A DNA stretch of 18,213 nt from Planctomycetota bacterium (GCA_038213805.1 JBBQSO010000100.1:1-18213), one strand, 5' to 3'; shown: positions 7,921-15,905, numbered from the stretch's first letter. Made by a program: numbers and translations. Notes: a model not told the origin generated them from the sequence alone.

Positions 7921-8439
7921 ATGACTGATCGCACCGCATTGCTCGTCGACGCCACCGCTCTCGCCACGCGCGATGCTGCGGGCACCTGCGCTTTGCGGCC
8001 TGGGGTAGCCGCGGCGGTGGCGCGTATGCAGGTCGCGGGGGTGCCGGTGGTGGCGCTGGACTTCAGTGCGGCGCAACCCGATCCGCAGGCCGAGGTGGTG
8101 GCGCTGCTCCAGGCCGCGCACGCGCCGCTTGCCGGCTGGATGCGCCCGGCAGCCGATGCCCCGCCCGCGTGGCGCCTGCCGCGGCCGGGACTGGTGCTGG
8201 CGGCGGCGCGCGCGCATGGCGTTGATCTCGCGACGTCGTGGCTGGTCTCGCCCGCGCCGGATGCGCTGCGCGCGGCGGCGCAGGCGGGGTGCTATGGGGC
8301 GGTGCTGATCGGGGTCACCGAACTACCTGCCGACCTGAGCGAGGCGGAGCTGGCGATCGTCACGGCGCGCGCTGATGATCTGGCCGATGCTCCACGGGTG
8401 ATGGTGCCGCGGCAGGGTGGGTGCTGGCACGCGCACTGA
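7921..8439 (+). CDS. HAD-superfamily IIIA (GmhB/HisB-N-like) protein with degenerate catalytic motifs
   Basis: LRPGVAAAVARMQVAGVPVVAL and WRLPRPGLVLAAARAHGVDLATSWLVSPAPDALRAAAQAGC follow the GmhB pattern (PGv..al..L...G..lvvvTNQ; CRKP.PGM...aa....iDl..S.mVGD...Di.ag..AG), but the catalytic residues are replaced. Confidence 0.75.
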   Translation: MTDRTALLVDATALATRDAAGTCALRPGVAAAVARMQVAGVPVVALDFSAAQPDPQAEVVALLQAAHAPLAGWMRPAADAPPAWRLPRPGLVLAAARAHGVDLATSWLVSPAPDALRAAAQAGCYGAVLIGVTELPADLSEAELAIVTARADDLADAPRVMVPRQGGCWHAH

Positions 8440-8470
8440 AAAGGCCTCCTCAGCGCGGTTCCTGGCGAAA

Positions 8471-8504
8471 CGCTGGCGCGCATGGGAGGGAGAGCGCGCC
8501 AGCG
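8471..8504. terminator. GC-rich hairpin between convergent genes, possible bidirectional terminator
   Basis: CGCTGGCGCGC (8471-8481) / GCGCGCCAGCG (8494-8504), perfect 11 bp with a 12-nt loop. No clear U-tract apart from AAA at 8468-8470 (TTT on the minus strand). Confidence 0.4.
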
Positions 8505-8554
8505 GCGCGCGGTCCCGGGAATGGTCCTCACGTTGCAGGCGCGACTCAGACGCC

Positions 8555-9748
8555 CTATTTGCCGATGGCCTGGGCCTTCGCCATGAATTCCGGCTGGTAC
8601 CAACAGCCGGCGAAGCGCTTCGCCGCGTCGAGCAGCGCCCGCTTCGCGTCCGGCTTCTTCCCGGCTGCCACCAGCTCATCAGCCTTGGCGAGCGCCGCGG
8701 TGCGATCCGCCTCGAGCAGATCCAGCTGCGCTTGGGCCTGTTTGCCCGGCTCCGATTCCGGCTTGAACGAAGCGATTCGCAACAGCGGCAGCAACGCCTC
8801 GCCAAAGCGCTTGCCCTTGGCGGCGGCCAGCGCCTGCTTGAGGTAGCCGGTCTCGGTCTTGGCGTACCAGTCGGCATAGGACGTGGTGAAGAACTCGAAG
8901 GCGGTCTTGTTCTGGCTGTCGACCGTCGCGTGGCCCTCGGGATGATCGACGCTGAGCAGATAGGGAAACTTCAGCGCGGACTTCATCTGTTCGAAGACGC
9001 CCTTGGAGCTCGCCGGGGGTGCGATGTCGTCCTTCATGCCGGTGCCGCAGAATTCCGCGGCGCCACGCATTGGCGCCGCCGTCTGGATGACCTTGCCCTG
9101 CTCAAGCATGACGAACTGGTTGCAGCCCAGGGTCATCAGCCCGGCATAGTCGAGCGGGAAATAGCTGTAGAGTCCGGTAGAGATCTTCGCGCCGCCGGAA
9201 TGTCCGCCGATGTAGACGCGGTTGGGATCGATCGGCGCCCAGCGCGCGATCACCGCGGCGACATAGACGCTGACCGCCGCGTGCACTTTCCAGGTGTCGC
9301 CGATCTTGGCATCTTTGAGCGCGTCGCTGAGGCCGAAGCCCACGACGACATAGCCCGCCGCGTGCGCCTCTTTGACGTAGCCGCCCGCGCCGTCGCGACT
9401 GTCCTTGAACTCGGTGATGTTGCCGATGAACAGCGGGTAGCGCCGCCCGGCCGCGAGCGTCGCCGGGAAGTAGATCTTCACCGGCACGCTCTGCCCGGCG
9501 AGGATCTTCTGGATCGCCGCCGGCTCGGCCTCGAGCTTGTCGTGCGGCCAGCGCCCGGCCATCCAGTCGGCGTACCAGCTCGCGGTGAGCGGCAGCTCGG
9601 TCGACACCGTGCCGCCCGTGACCGTGAAGGGCGCGGTGTCCGGAACGGCGAGATGGCCGATGGTCGGGAACGGCTCGTCTGCACCGCGCAGGACGGCGAC
9701 GAGTGCGATCAGCAGCAGCGCGCGGAACACTCGGGCGGGATGATGCAT
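8555..9748 (-). CDS. Secreted alpha/beta-hydrolase (esterase/peptidase-like) with C-terminal helical extension
   Basis: ATG at 9748 with GGAG 6 nt upstream and a signal-peptide-like N-terminus (RVFRALLLIALVAVLRG). Nucleophile elbow IDPNRVYIGGHSGGA, candidate acid GMKDD and His in HPEGH. The upstream part of track ORF 8555..10231 runs through repeats and overlaps dnaE, so it is not coding. Confidence 0.82.
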   Translation of the reverse strand: MHHPARVFRALLLIALVAVLRGADEPFPTIGHLAVPDTAPFTVTGGTVSTELPLTASWYADWMAGRWPHDKLEAEPAAIQKILAGQSVPVKIYFPATLAAGRRYPLFIGNITEFKDSRDGAGGYVKEAHAAGYVVVGFGLSDALKDAKIGDTWKVHAAVSVYVAAVIARWAPIDPNRVYIGGHSGGAKISTGLYSYFPLDYAGLMTLGCNQFVMLEQGKVIQTAAPMRGAAEFCGTGMKDDIAPPASSKGVFEQMKSALKFPYLLSVDHPEGHATVDSQNKTAFEFFTTSYADWYAKTETGYLKQALAAAKGKRFGEALLPLLRIASFKPESEPGKQAQAQLDLLEADRTAALAKADELVAAGKKPDAKRALLDAAKRFAGCWYQPEFMAKAQAIGK

Positions 9749-9891
9749 GACGTTCTCCAGTGCTGCAACCATGCGCGGTTCGCCGCGGTGCGAGCGCAGC
9801 TGATCGTGCGAGGGCGCGTCGGGACTCAACCGTTGAATGTCCGGGCGACTGCATTCCCGGTCCTCATGCGGAACAGCCGCGCGACGCGGGG

Positions 9892-9923
9892 GGAGCTGAG
9901 AGCTGCGAGCTGCGAGCTGCGAG
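9892..9923. repeat. Heptamer array (CGAGCTG)n, left arm of inverted pair 3
   Basis: GGAGCTG AGAGCTG CGAGCTG CGAGCTG CGAG. Confidence 0.88.
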
Positions 9924-10043
9924 GGAGGCAGGTCCTCCTTGCTGCTCACGCTGATGGTTATGTCCGAGATACGACCCGGTGGGCCGCTTGCGCTCTCCCA
10001 ATCCGACATTCCCCCCTTTACAGACGGTGCGCATGCTGTTTTC

Positions 10044-10088
10044 CTCGCGTCTCGCGTCTCGCGTCTCGCGTCTCGCAGCTCGAAACTC
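10044..10088. repeat. Heptamer array (CTCGCGT)4 plus variants, right arm of inverted pair 3
   Basis: CTCGCGT x4, CTCGCAG, CTCGAAA, CTC. Abuts the dnaE stop codon (10090-10092). Confidence 0.92.
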
Positions 10089-10089
10089 C

Positions 10090-13000
10090 TCAGCCCGCCT
10101 GCCCCCTGAACCCCTGGAACCTTTCCGCCTCCATCGCCTCCAGCCGGTCGGATGCGATGGTGCGCACGCGCGCCGCGCCCCAGATCTCGCGCAGCCGGGC
10201 GAGCGCGGCGGCATTGGGATGGATGCCCCACTCGGCGGCGGGCGTGACGGTCAGCAGCACATCGTTGCCGGTGTGCACTTGGAAGACCACCGGGCAGCGG
10301 CCCTGGTTCTCCTTGAGCAGGGTTTCGGTGCCGGTAACGCGCGCCTGGACGGCGTCGGGCGCCAGCTCACTCGCGTCGATGGCGACGACGATCTCGCGCG
10401 TCAGGCGTTCGGCGACCAGGTGCGCGGGCACCACGTCGCTGATCTTCAGGCTGGGCAGCTCTTCGACCTTGGGCTCGTCCGCGCCGCCGCCGTCCATGCC
10501 GGCCTCGCCCGGGTCCTCACCTGGCAGCTCACCCTCTTCGCCGCCGCCGCCGGGCGTGGTGCGCTGCGCGCGGCGCTCGCGGCGCTCGACCGTGCCCGAG
10601 AACAGCGCCACCAGGTCGGGCTCGCAGTCCGCGCCGAAGCGCTCGTAGGCGCCGGCCTGGTTCTCGCCGCGGCGGTTGGCGCCGCCGGGGAAGAGCACGC
10701 CCTCGAAGCGCCCGTACTGGTCTTCAAGGGTCAGCACCGCCATGGTCTTGCCGGTCTTGGTGCGGATCACGCGCTTGCCTAGCACCACCGCGGCGATGGC
10801 CGCGGGTGAACCGGTGGCGAGCCCGGACAGGTCGCGGGTGCTGTGGCGCGCGACCGGCGCGAGGATGGCGTGGTGCTCGGCCACCGGGTGGCTGCTGATC
10901 CAGTAGCCGGTCAGGGCCTTCTCGAAGGCGAGGCGCTCGGAGACCGTCCAGTCAGCGGCGTCGCCATAGCCCTGGGTCTGCTCGCGGAAACCGGCGTCGC
11001 TCTCGAAGGTGTCGAACAGCGTCTGCTGATTCTGGGCGCGCGTGCGCGTCAGGCGGTTGCCGCGGTCGAAGGCGCGATCCTGGGTCTCGAACAGCGCGCG
11101 GCGGTTGACGTGCAGGCTGTCGAGCGCGCCGACCTTGATCAGCGATTCGATCACGCGCTTGTTGACCTGGCGGGTGTCGATGCGCTCACAGATGTCGTAG
11201 AGGCTGGCGAAGGGTCCGCGCTTGGCGCGCTCCTCGATGAGGTGCGCGGCCGCGCCCTCGCCGATCGCCTTGACGCCGCCGAAGCCGAAGCGGATGGCGT
11301 CGCCGACCGCACTGCGCGCCAGGGCCACCGCCGAACCGGCCGCGGCGTGCGGCACCACCGCCGCCGCGCCTGCGGTCTTGCGCACCAGGGTGAACTCCCA
11401 GCCCGACTCGTTGACGTCCGGCGGCAGCACCGGGATCCCCGAGGAGCGCAGCTCCTCGACGAACTTGGTCATCTTGTCCTTGTTGTCCATTTCGTAGATC
11501 AGGTTCGCGGTCATGAATGCGGCGTAGTGGTTGGCCTTGACGTAGGCGGTCCAGTAGGCGATCAGGCCATAGCAGGCGGAGTGGGACTTGTTGAAGCAGT
11601 ACGAGGCGAAGCCAAGAATCTTCTCCCACATCTCCTTGCACTTCTTGCGGTCGAACTGGTGGGTCGACCACGCGCCCTCGATGAACTTCTCCTCGAGCTT
11701 CTTGAGGACATTGATGTCCTTCTTGCCCATCGCCTTGCGCAGGTCGTCGGCTTCGGCCGGGGTGAAGCCGCACAGCTCGCGGCTGATCGACATCACCTGC
11801 TCCTGGTAGATGTAGAGGCCGTAGGTCTCCTTGAGCACGCCCTCCAGCACCGGGTGCGGATAGTCGACCTTCTGGCGGCCGTGCTTGCGGTCGCAGTAGT
11901 CGATGTGCATGTTCGCCATCAGCGGGCCCGGGCGGTAGAGCGCGACCAGGGCGATGAGATCCTCGAAGCGGTCGGGCTTGAGCAGCTTGATCAGCTCCTG
12001 GAAGCCGGACGACTCGCACTGGAACACACCCAGGGTCTCGCCGCGCCCGAGCATCGCGAAGGTCGCGGGATCATCGAGCGGCACGGTGGCGTAGTCGAGC
12101 TCGCCGCCGCCGCTGGCGCGCACCACGTCGGCCGCCTTCTTCAAGATCGACATGGTCTTGAGGCCCAGGAAATCCATCTTGAGCAGGCCGCACTTCTCGA
12201 CCTGGTTCATGTTGTACTGGGTGGCAGGCCGGCCCTTCACCACGCAGATCGGCACGTAGTTGCTGACCGCCGCCGGTGCGATGATCACGCCGCATGCGTG
12301 CACGCCCAGCGAACGGCCGAGCTTTTCGAGCTGCAACGCCGCGTCGAGCACCTGGCGGGTGCGTTCATCGCCGTCATAGCGGCGCACCATCGCATCGACC
12401 GCGCCGAACTCGTTCTTGTCCTTGTCGAGCGGCTTGCGCCCCAGGCACACCTGCAGGTCGTGTTTGCCAGTGGGATCCTCGGGGACCAGGTTGGCCAACT
12501 CCTGCGACTCCTCGGGCGTCCAGTGGTAGGCGCGCGCGACGTCCTTGATCGCCATGCGCGCCTTCATGGTGCCCAGCGTCATGATCTGCGTGACCGCGTC
12601 GTGACCGTACTTGCCGGCGACGTATTCGATGACCTCGCCGCGGCGGTCCTTGCAGAAATCGATGTCGATGTCCGGCACCGATTTGCGGCCGGGATTCAGG
12701 AAGCGCTCGAAGAGCAGCCCGTACTTCAGCGGGCACATGTCGGTGATGCCCATGCTGTACGCGACGATCGAGCCCGCCGCCGAGCCGCGCCCGGGCCCGA
12801 CCGGGATGCCGCGGTCCTTGGCCCAGTTGATGAAATCGGCGACGATCAGGAAGTACGCCGCGAAGCCCATCTTGAGGATGGTCTCGAGCTCGAAGGCGAG
12901 GCGCGGAGCGACCTCGGGCCCGGGCGTCGCTCCGTAGCGCCGCGCCACGCCGCGCTCGCACAACGCGCGCAGCCAGGTCTCCTCGGTCTCGCCCGCCGGG

Positions 13001-13857
13001 CATTGGAAGCGCGGCAGGTGGTAGGCGCCGGTGGGAATCTTTGAGCCGGCGCACAACTCGACGATGCGCCGGGTGTTGTGAATCGCCTCGGGCAGGTCCT
13101 TGAACAGCTCGACCATCTGGTCGGCGGTCTTGAGGTAGAATTCCTGGCTCGGCATGCGCTTTCTGCGCGGATCGTCGACCGTGGTGACCTTCTGGATGGC
13201 GAGCTGCACATCGTGGATGGCGTGGTCCGACGCGCCCAGGTAGTGCGTCCAGTTGGTCGCGACCACGCCGACCCCGGCGGCGCGCGCCAGGCGCACGCAG
13301 GCCGCGCGCACGTCGAGCGGCCCGTCGGCACCATGGTCGGTGAGCTCGACGAACAACCGCTCGGTACCGAAGATGCCGACCAGCAGGGCGAGCTGGCGGC
13401 CCGCCTCGTCCTCGGCGCCCGAAGCCAGGTGGCGATTGAGGAAGCCGTCACGCCCCGCGCCAGTCAGGCACACCAGCCCGGCGCTGTGCGCCGCGATCGC
13501 CTCAAGGTCGACGCGCGGTTCGAAGTAGAAACCCTCCAGCCAACCCAGGCTGACCAGCTTGGCGAGGTTGCGGTACCCCTCCTCGTTCTGCGCCAGCAGC
13601 ACCAGCTGGTGCCAGTCGCGCACGCGCTCCTTCATGCCCAACGGCGCGACGTTGAGCTGGCAGCCGATGATCGCCGTGAGCCCCGCGTCCTTGGCCGCGC
13701 TATAGAACTCGTACGCGCCGAACAGGTTGCCGCGGTCGGTCAGCGCCACCGCGTCCATGCCCTGCTCCTTCACCGCCTTCACCAGCTTGGCGATGGTGGT
13801 GGTGGACTCGAGCAGCGTGAAATGGCTGTGCAGATGGAGATGGGTGAAGTCGGCCAT
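10090..13857 (-). CDS. dnaE: DNA polymerase III subunit alpha (replicative DnaE1 type)
   Basis: PHP-fold N-terminus (FTHLHLHS), GPGRGSAAGS, LLFERFLNP, catalytic PDIDIDF and KMDFLGL, ALYRPGP, YQEQVM, FNKSHS, HhH (IRFGFGGVKAIG), clamp motif QQTLF (11014-11028), OB fold and C-terminal domain. 1255 aa. Confidence 0.98.
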   Translation of the reverse strand: MADFTHLHLHSHFTLLESTTTIAKLVKAVKEQGMDAVALTDRGNLFGAYEFYSAAKDAGLTAIIGCQLNVAPLGMKERVRDWHQLVLLAQNEEGYRNLAKLVSLGWLEGFYFEPRVDLEAIAAHSAGLVCLTGAGRDGFLNRHLASGAEDEAGRQLALLVGIFGTERLFVELTDHGADGPLDVRAACVRLARAAGVGVVATNWTHYLGASDHAIHDVQLAIQKVTTVDDPRRKRMPSQEFYLKTADQMVELFKDLPEAIHNTRRIVELCAGSKIPTGAYHLPRFQCPAGETEETWLRALCERGVARRYGATPGPEVAPRLAFELETILKMGFAAYFLIVADFINWAKDRGIPVGPGRGSAAGSIVAYSMGITDMCPLKYGLLFERFLNPGRKSVPDIDIDFCKDRRGEVIEYVAGKYGHDAVTQIMTLGTMKARMAIKDVARAYHWTPEESQELANLVPEDPTGKHDLQVCLGRKPLDKDKNEFGAVDAMVRRYDGDERTRQVLDAALQLEKLGRSLGVHACGVIIAPAAVSNYVPICVVKGRPATQYNMNQVEKCGLLKMDFLGLKTMSILKKAADVVRASGGGELDYATVPLDDPATFAMLGRGETLGVFQCESSGFQELIKLLKPDRFEDLIALVALYRPGPLMANMHIDYCDRKHGRQKVDYPHPVLEGVLKETYGLYIYQEQVMSISRELCGFTPAEADDLRKAMGKKDINVLKKLEEKFIEGAWSTHQFDRKKCKEMWEKILGFASYCFNKSHSACYGLIAYWTAYVKANHYAAFMTANLIYEMDNKDKMTKFVEELRSSGIPVLPPDVNESGWEFTLVRKTAGAAAVVPHAAAGSAVALARSAVGDAIRFGFGGVKAIGEGAAAHLIEERAKRGPFASLYDICERIDTRQVNKRVIESLIKVGALDSLHVNRRALFETQDRAFDRGNRLTRTRAQNQQTLFDTFESDAGFREQTQGYGDAADWTVSERLAFEKALTGYWISSHPVAEHHAILAPVARHSTRDLSGLATGSPAAIAAVVLGKRVIRTKTGKTMAVLTLEDQYGRFEGVLFPGGANRRGENQAGAYERFGADCEPDLVALFSGTVERRERRAQRTTPGGGGEEGELPGEDPGEAGMDGGGADEPKVEELPSLKISDVVPAHLVAERLTREIVVAIDASELAPDAVQARVTGTETLLKENQGRCPVVFQVHTGNDVLLTVTPAAEWGIHPNAAALARLREIWGAARVRTIASDRLEAMEAERFQGFRGQAG

Positions 13858-14044
13858 GGGAAGATGTCGCCCGGGGACGGTTCAGAGAGAGTGGCGAGAC
13901 GCGAGACGCTGACCGCGACCATCCTGGCGGGCCTGCGGCCCACGGAACCGGATTCAGCGAAAGTCACAGACCCTGGGACGCACCCGGAGATCGCCCGCAA
14001 TCCAGCGATTAGACACCCCCACGCCGGATGCGCGGCAAAGGAGG

Positions 14045-14259
14045 GCCAGGGGCCTGGCCCCTGGCGGGGCGTAGCGGGGCAGCGCCCCGCGAACAGCGAT
14101 CCCCCGAGCGCAGCGCGCGAGCGGGGACGTCGATCGGTCGAGCGTAGCGAGACACGGCGGCGCAGCCGCCGTCGCCGCGGGCCGATGGCGCGCCCCGCGC
14201 CGCACGCGCAGCGTGCCCGCCGCAGGCGGATCGGCCCGCGGCGCGATCGGCGCAGTCGG
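14045..14259 (+). other. Multi-hairpin intergenic element rich in GNA triloops (REP-like / putative ssDNA-folding element)
   Basis: Palindromes at 14045-14065 and 14074-14090. GNA-triloop motifs at 14069, 14108, 14142, 14154, 14202, 14217 and 14247. Perfect 14-bp outer stem 14173-14186 / 14230-14243. Confidence 0.6.
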
Positions 14260-14261
14260 AG

Positions 14262-15659
14262 CTAGAACTTCACCTTCAAGTTCAGACCCAGAATATAGAT
14301 CATGTCCGTGCTGCGCACGATCCCGCTGCCGGCCGGAACCGGGATGGCGCGGTAGCCTTCGTCCGGGAAGAAGATGCCGCCAAACAAGGTGAAGGTGGTC
14401 GGGCTGGTGGTGTAGTCCCAGCTCAGCGCCATGTCGAATTCCTGGCCGAGCTTGTTGTTGGCGCCGGGGGCCGGGGCGACGAGGCGGTAGTTGCCGTAGA
14501 TGGACTTCAGGCGCACGCGCTTGCGGTCGTCGAGGGCGTATTCGAGTTTGACCTTGAGCGCCTCGAGATTGCCGTTGAGCAAGCGGCTGATCTCGCCGTA
14601 CTTCTCGCTCTCGACGATGGCGGTGTCGCTGGTGCCTTCCCACTTGTTGATGAAGCCGTGTTCGGTGCTGTCGTTGGGATTGTCGTCCCCGCTCAGGTAG
14701 TCGCCCTGGATGCCCAGCACCACGTCGCCGGCCGCATGCCAGTCGAGGCCGCCACTGACGCCGAAGCCGGCGAAGGACACGCCGTTGCCCTCGTCACCGC
14801 GCTGCACCGCGCCTTCGCCAAAGAGCTCGAAGTCGCCGACGTCGAGGTCGAGGCCGGCGTAGACGGTGCGCAGGTTCTTGCCGCGCGGTCCGCCCAGGTC
14901 GTCGGGGTTGCCCGAGCCCGGATTGGCCGGGTTGCGCAACAGGATGTCGCGCTCGATGTTGTAGGATGCGGTGACGAAGACGCGGTTGTCGCCGACGTTC
15001 TCGGGCTTCCAGTCGACCACGATCGAATAGATCGTGCTGTTGTCGGGCAGCTTGCCGACCCACGGGCTGAAATCGAGGGTGTCGAGGTTGAACTGCCCGC
15101 GCGCCACGTCCCAGCCGGTGATGGTGCGGTTGTCGGCGTGGCTGTCGTAGAGGAACGCCGAGTGGTCCTTGCGCAGGCTCCACGAGATCGGCTGGCGGCC
15201 GAGCCACAGGCCGGCCTCGCGGTAGCCGAGGAAGTCCTTGAGCTTGACGTAGGCGTCGTTGACTACCGCGTTGCCGCTGTTGCCGTTCGGCACCGGGTTG
15301 GTGTTGTTCGGATCGACCGAGCGGCCGTCGCCGGCGACGCCCTGGTAGCCGAGCGTGACCGCCACCTCGACGCGCTCGTCGATGCTGACGCGGGTGCCGA
15401 GGTCGGCGCGGATCCAGCCCTCGCTGCGGTGGTCGCTGAACGAGCTGTTGCCGTCGGAGAGGTTGGAGGAATTGATGAAGTCGAGGTCGAGCAGGCCCTG
15501 GATGTAGACCTGACGGCCGCTGCCCTGCAGGCCACCCGGCTTGACCTCGACCACGCCACCACCGGAAGCCATGAGCGGCGAGCTGGCCGCGTCCTGGGCC
15601 GCCGCCACGCCGCTCAGGATGACCAGGGTCGAGACCAGGACGAGGGGGCGGGGTGCCAT
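14262..15659 (-). CDS. Outer-membrane beta-barrel protein, alginate export (AlgE-like) family
   Basis: Signal peptide (..SGVAAA/QD), amphipathic beta-strands rich in Gly/Asp/Asn/aromatics, DAYVKL...LWLGRQ, YLSGDDNPND and LGQEFD motifs, and a terminal Phe strand LGLNLKVKF (Bam signal). Confidence 0.8.
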   Translation of the reverse strand: MAPRPLVLVSTLVILSGVAAAQDAASSPLMASGGGVVEVKPGGLQGSGRQVYIQGLLDLDFINSSNLSDGNSSFSDHRSEGWIRADLGTRVSIDERVEVAVTLGYQGVAGDGRSVDPNNTNPVPNGNSGNAVVNDAYVKLKDFLGYREAGLWLGRQPISWSLRKDHSAFLYDSHADNRTITGWDVARGQFNLDTLDFSPWVGKLPDNSTIYSIVVDWKPENVGDNRVFVTASYNIERDILLRNPANPGSGNPDDLGGPRGKNLRTVYAGLDLDVGDFELFGEGAVQRGDEGNGVSFAGFGVSGGLDWHAAGDVVLGIQGDYLSGDDNPNDSTEHGFINKWEGTSDTAIVESEKYGEISRLLNGNLEALKVKLEYALDDRKRVRLKSIYGNYRLVAPAPGANNKLGQEFDMALSWDYTTSPTTFTLFGGIFFPDEGYRAIPVPAGSGIVRSTDMIYILGLNLKVKF

Positions 15660-15905
15660 GGAATCTCCGGGGCCGCGGGGCCGGGGTGGGCGCGGACGTT
15701 AACCGCCGAGCGCAAGGGCGCAATCGGTTGGAGCCACGGCGCGCACGGGGCACCACGCCCGCCGGCAAGCATCGGCCACGCTGAGCGTCGTCAGGGATCG
15801 CCGGGCGCGCGACGTGTGGCAAGCCGCCAGGCCGGGGCCACGCGAAGGGGTTTGCATCGCCCCACGCCAGGCCCATCGTGCGCCACCATCCTCCGGGGGA
15901 CGGCC

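Noticed and set aside
9749..10231. N-terminal extension of the hydrolase ORF given in the track
   Set aside because: It crosses two repeat arrays and overlaps dnaE. An RBS plus signal peptide supports the start at 9748.
8417..13044. Long plus-strand ORFs 8417..10648 and 10843..13044 (also 4555..5955, 6612..7985, 15699..17189 and 16903..18192 on minus)
   Set aside because: Antisense shadows of real GC3-rich genes, with no recognisable motifs.
10090..13857. Intein in dnaE, or error-prone DnaE2/ImuC identity
   Set aside because: No C..HN splice junction or homing-endonuclease-sized insert is visible around the conserved motifs. The protein has a clamp motif and full C-terminal domain, lacks the SRDF-type tail, and has no imuA/imuB neighbours.
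14658..15905. Upstream 416 codons of track ORF 14658..16946
   Set aside because: Antisense to the beta-barrel gene. The real start is the RBS-preceded ATG at 15906.
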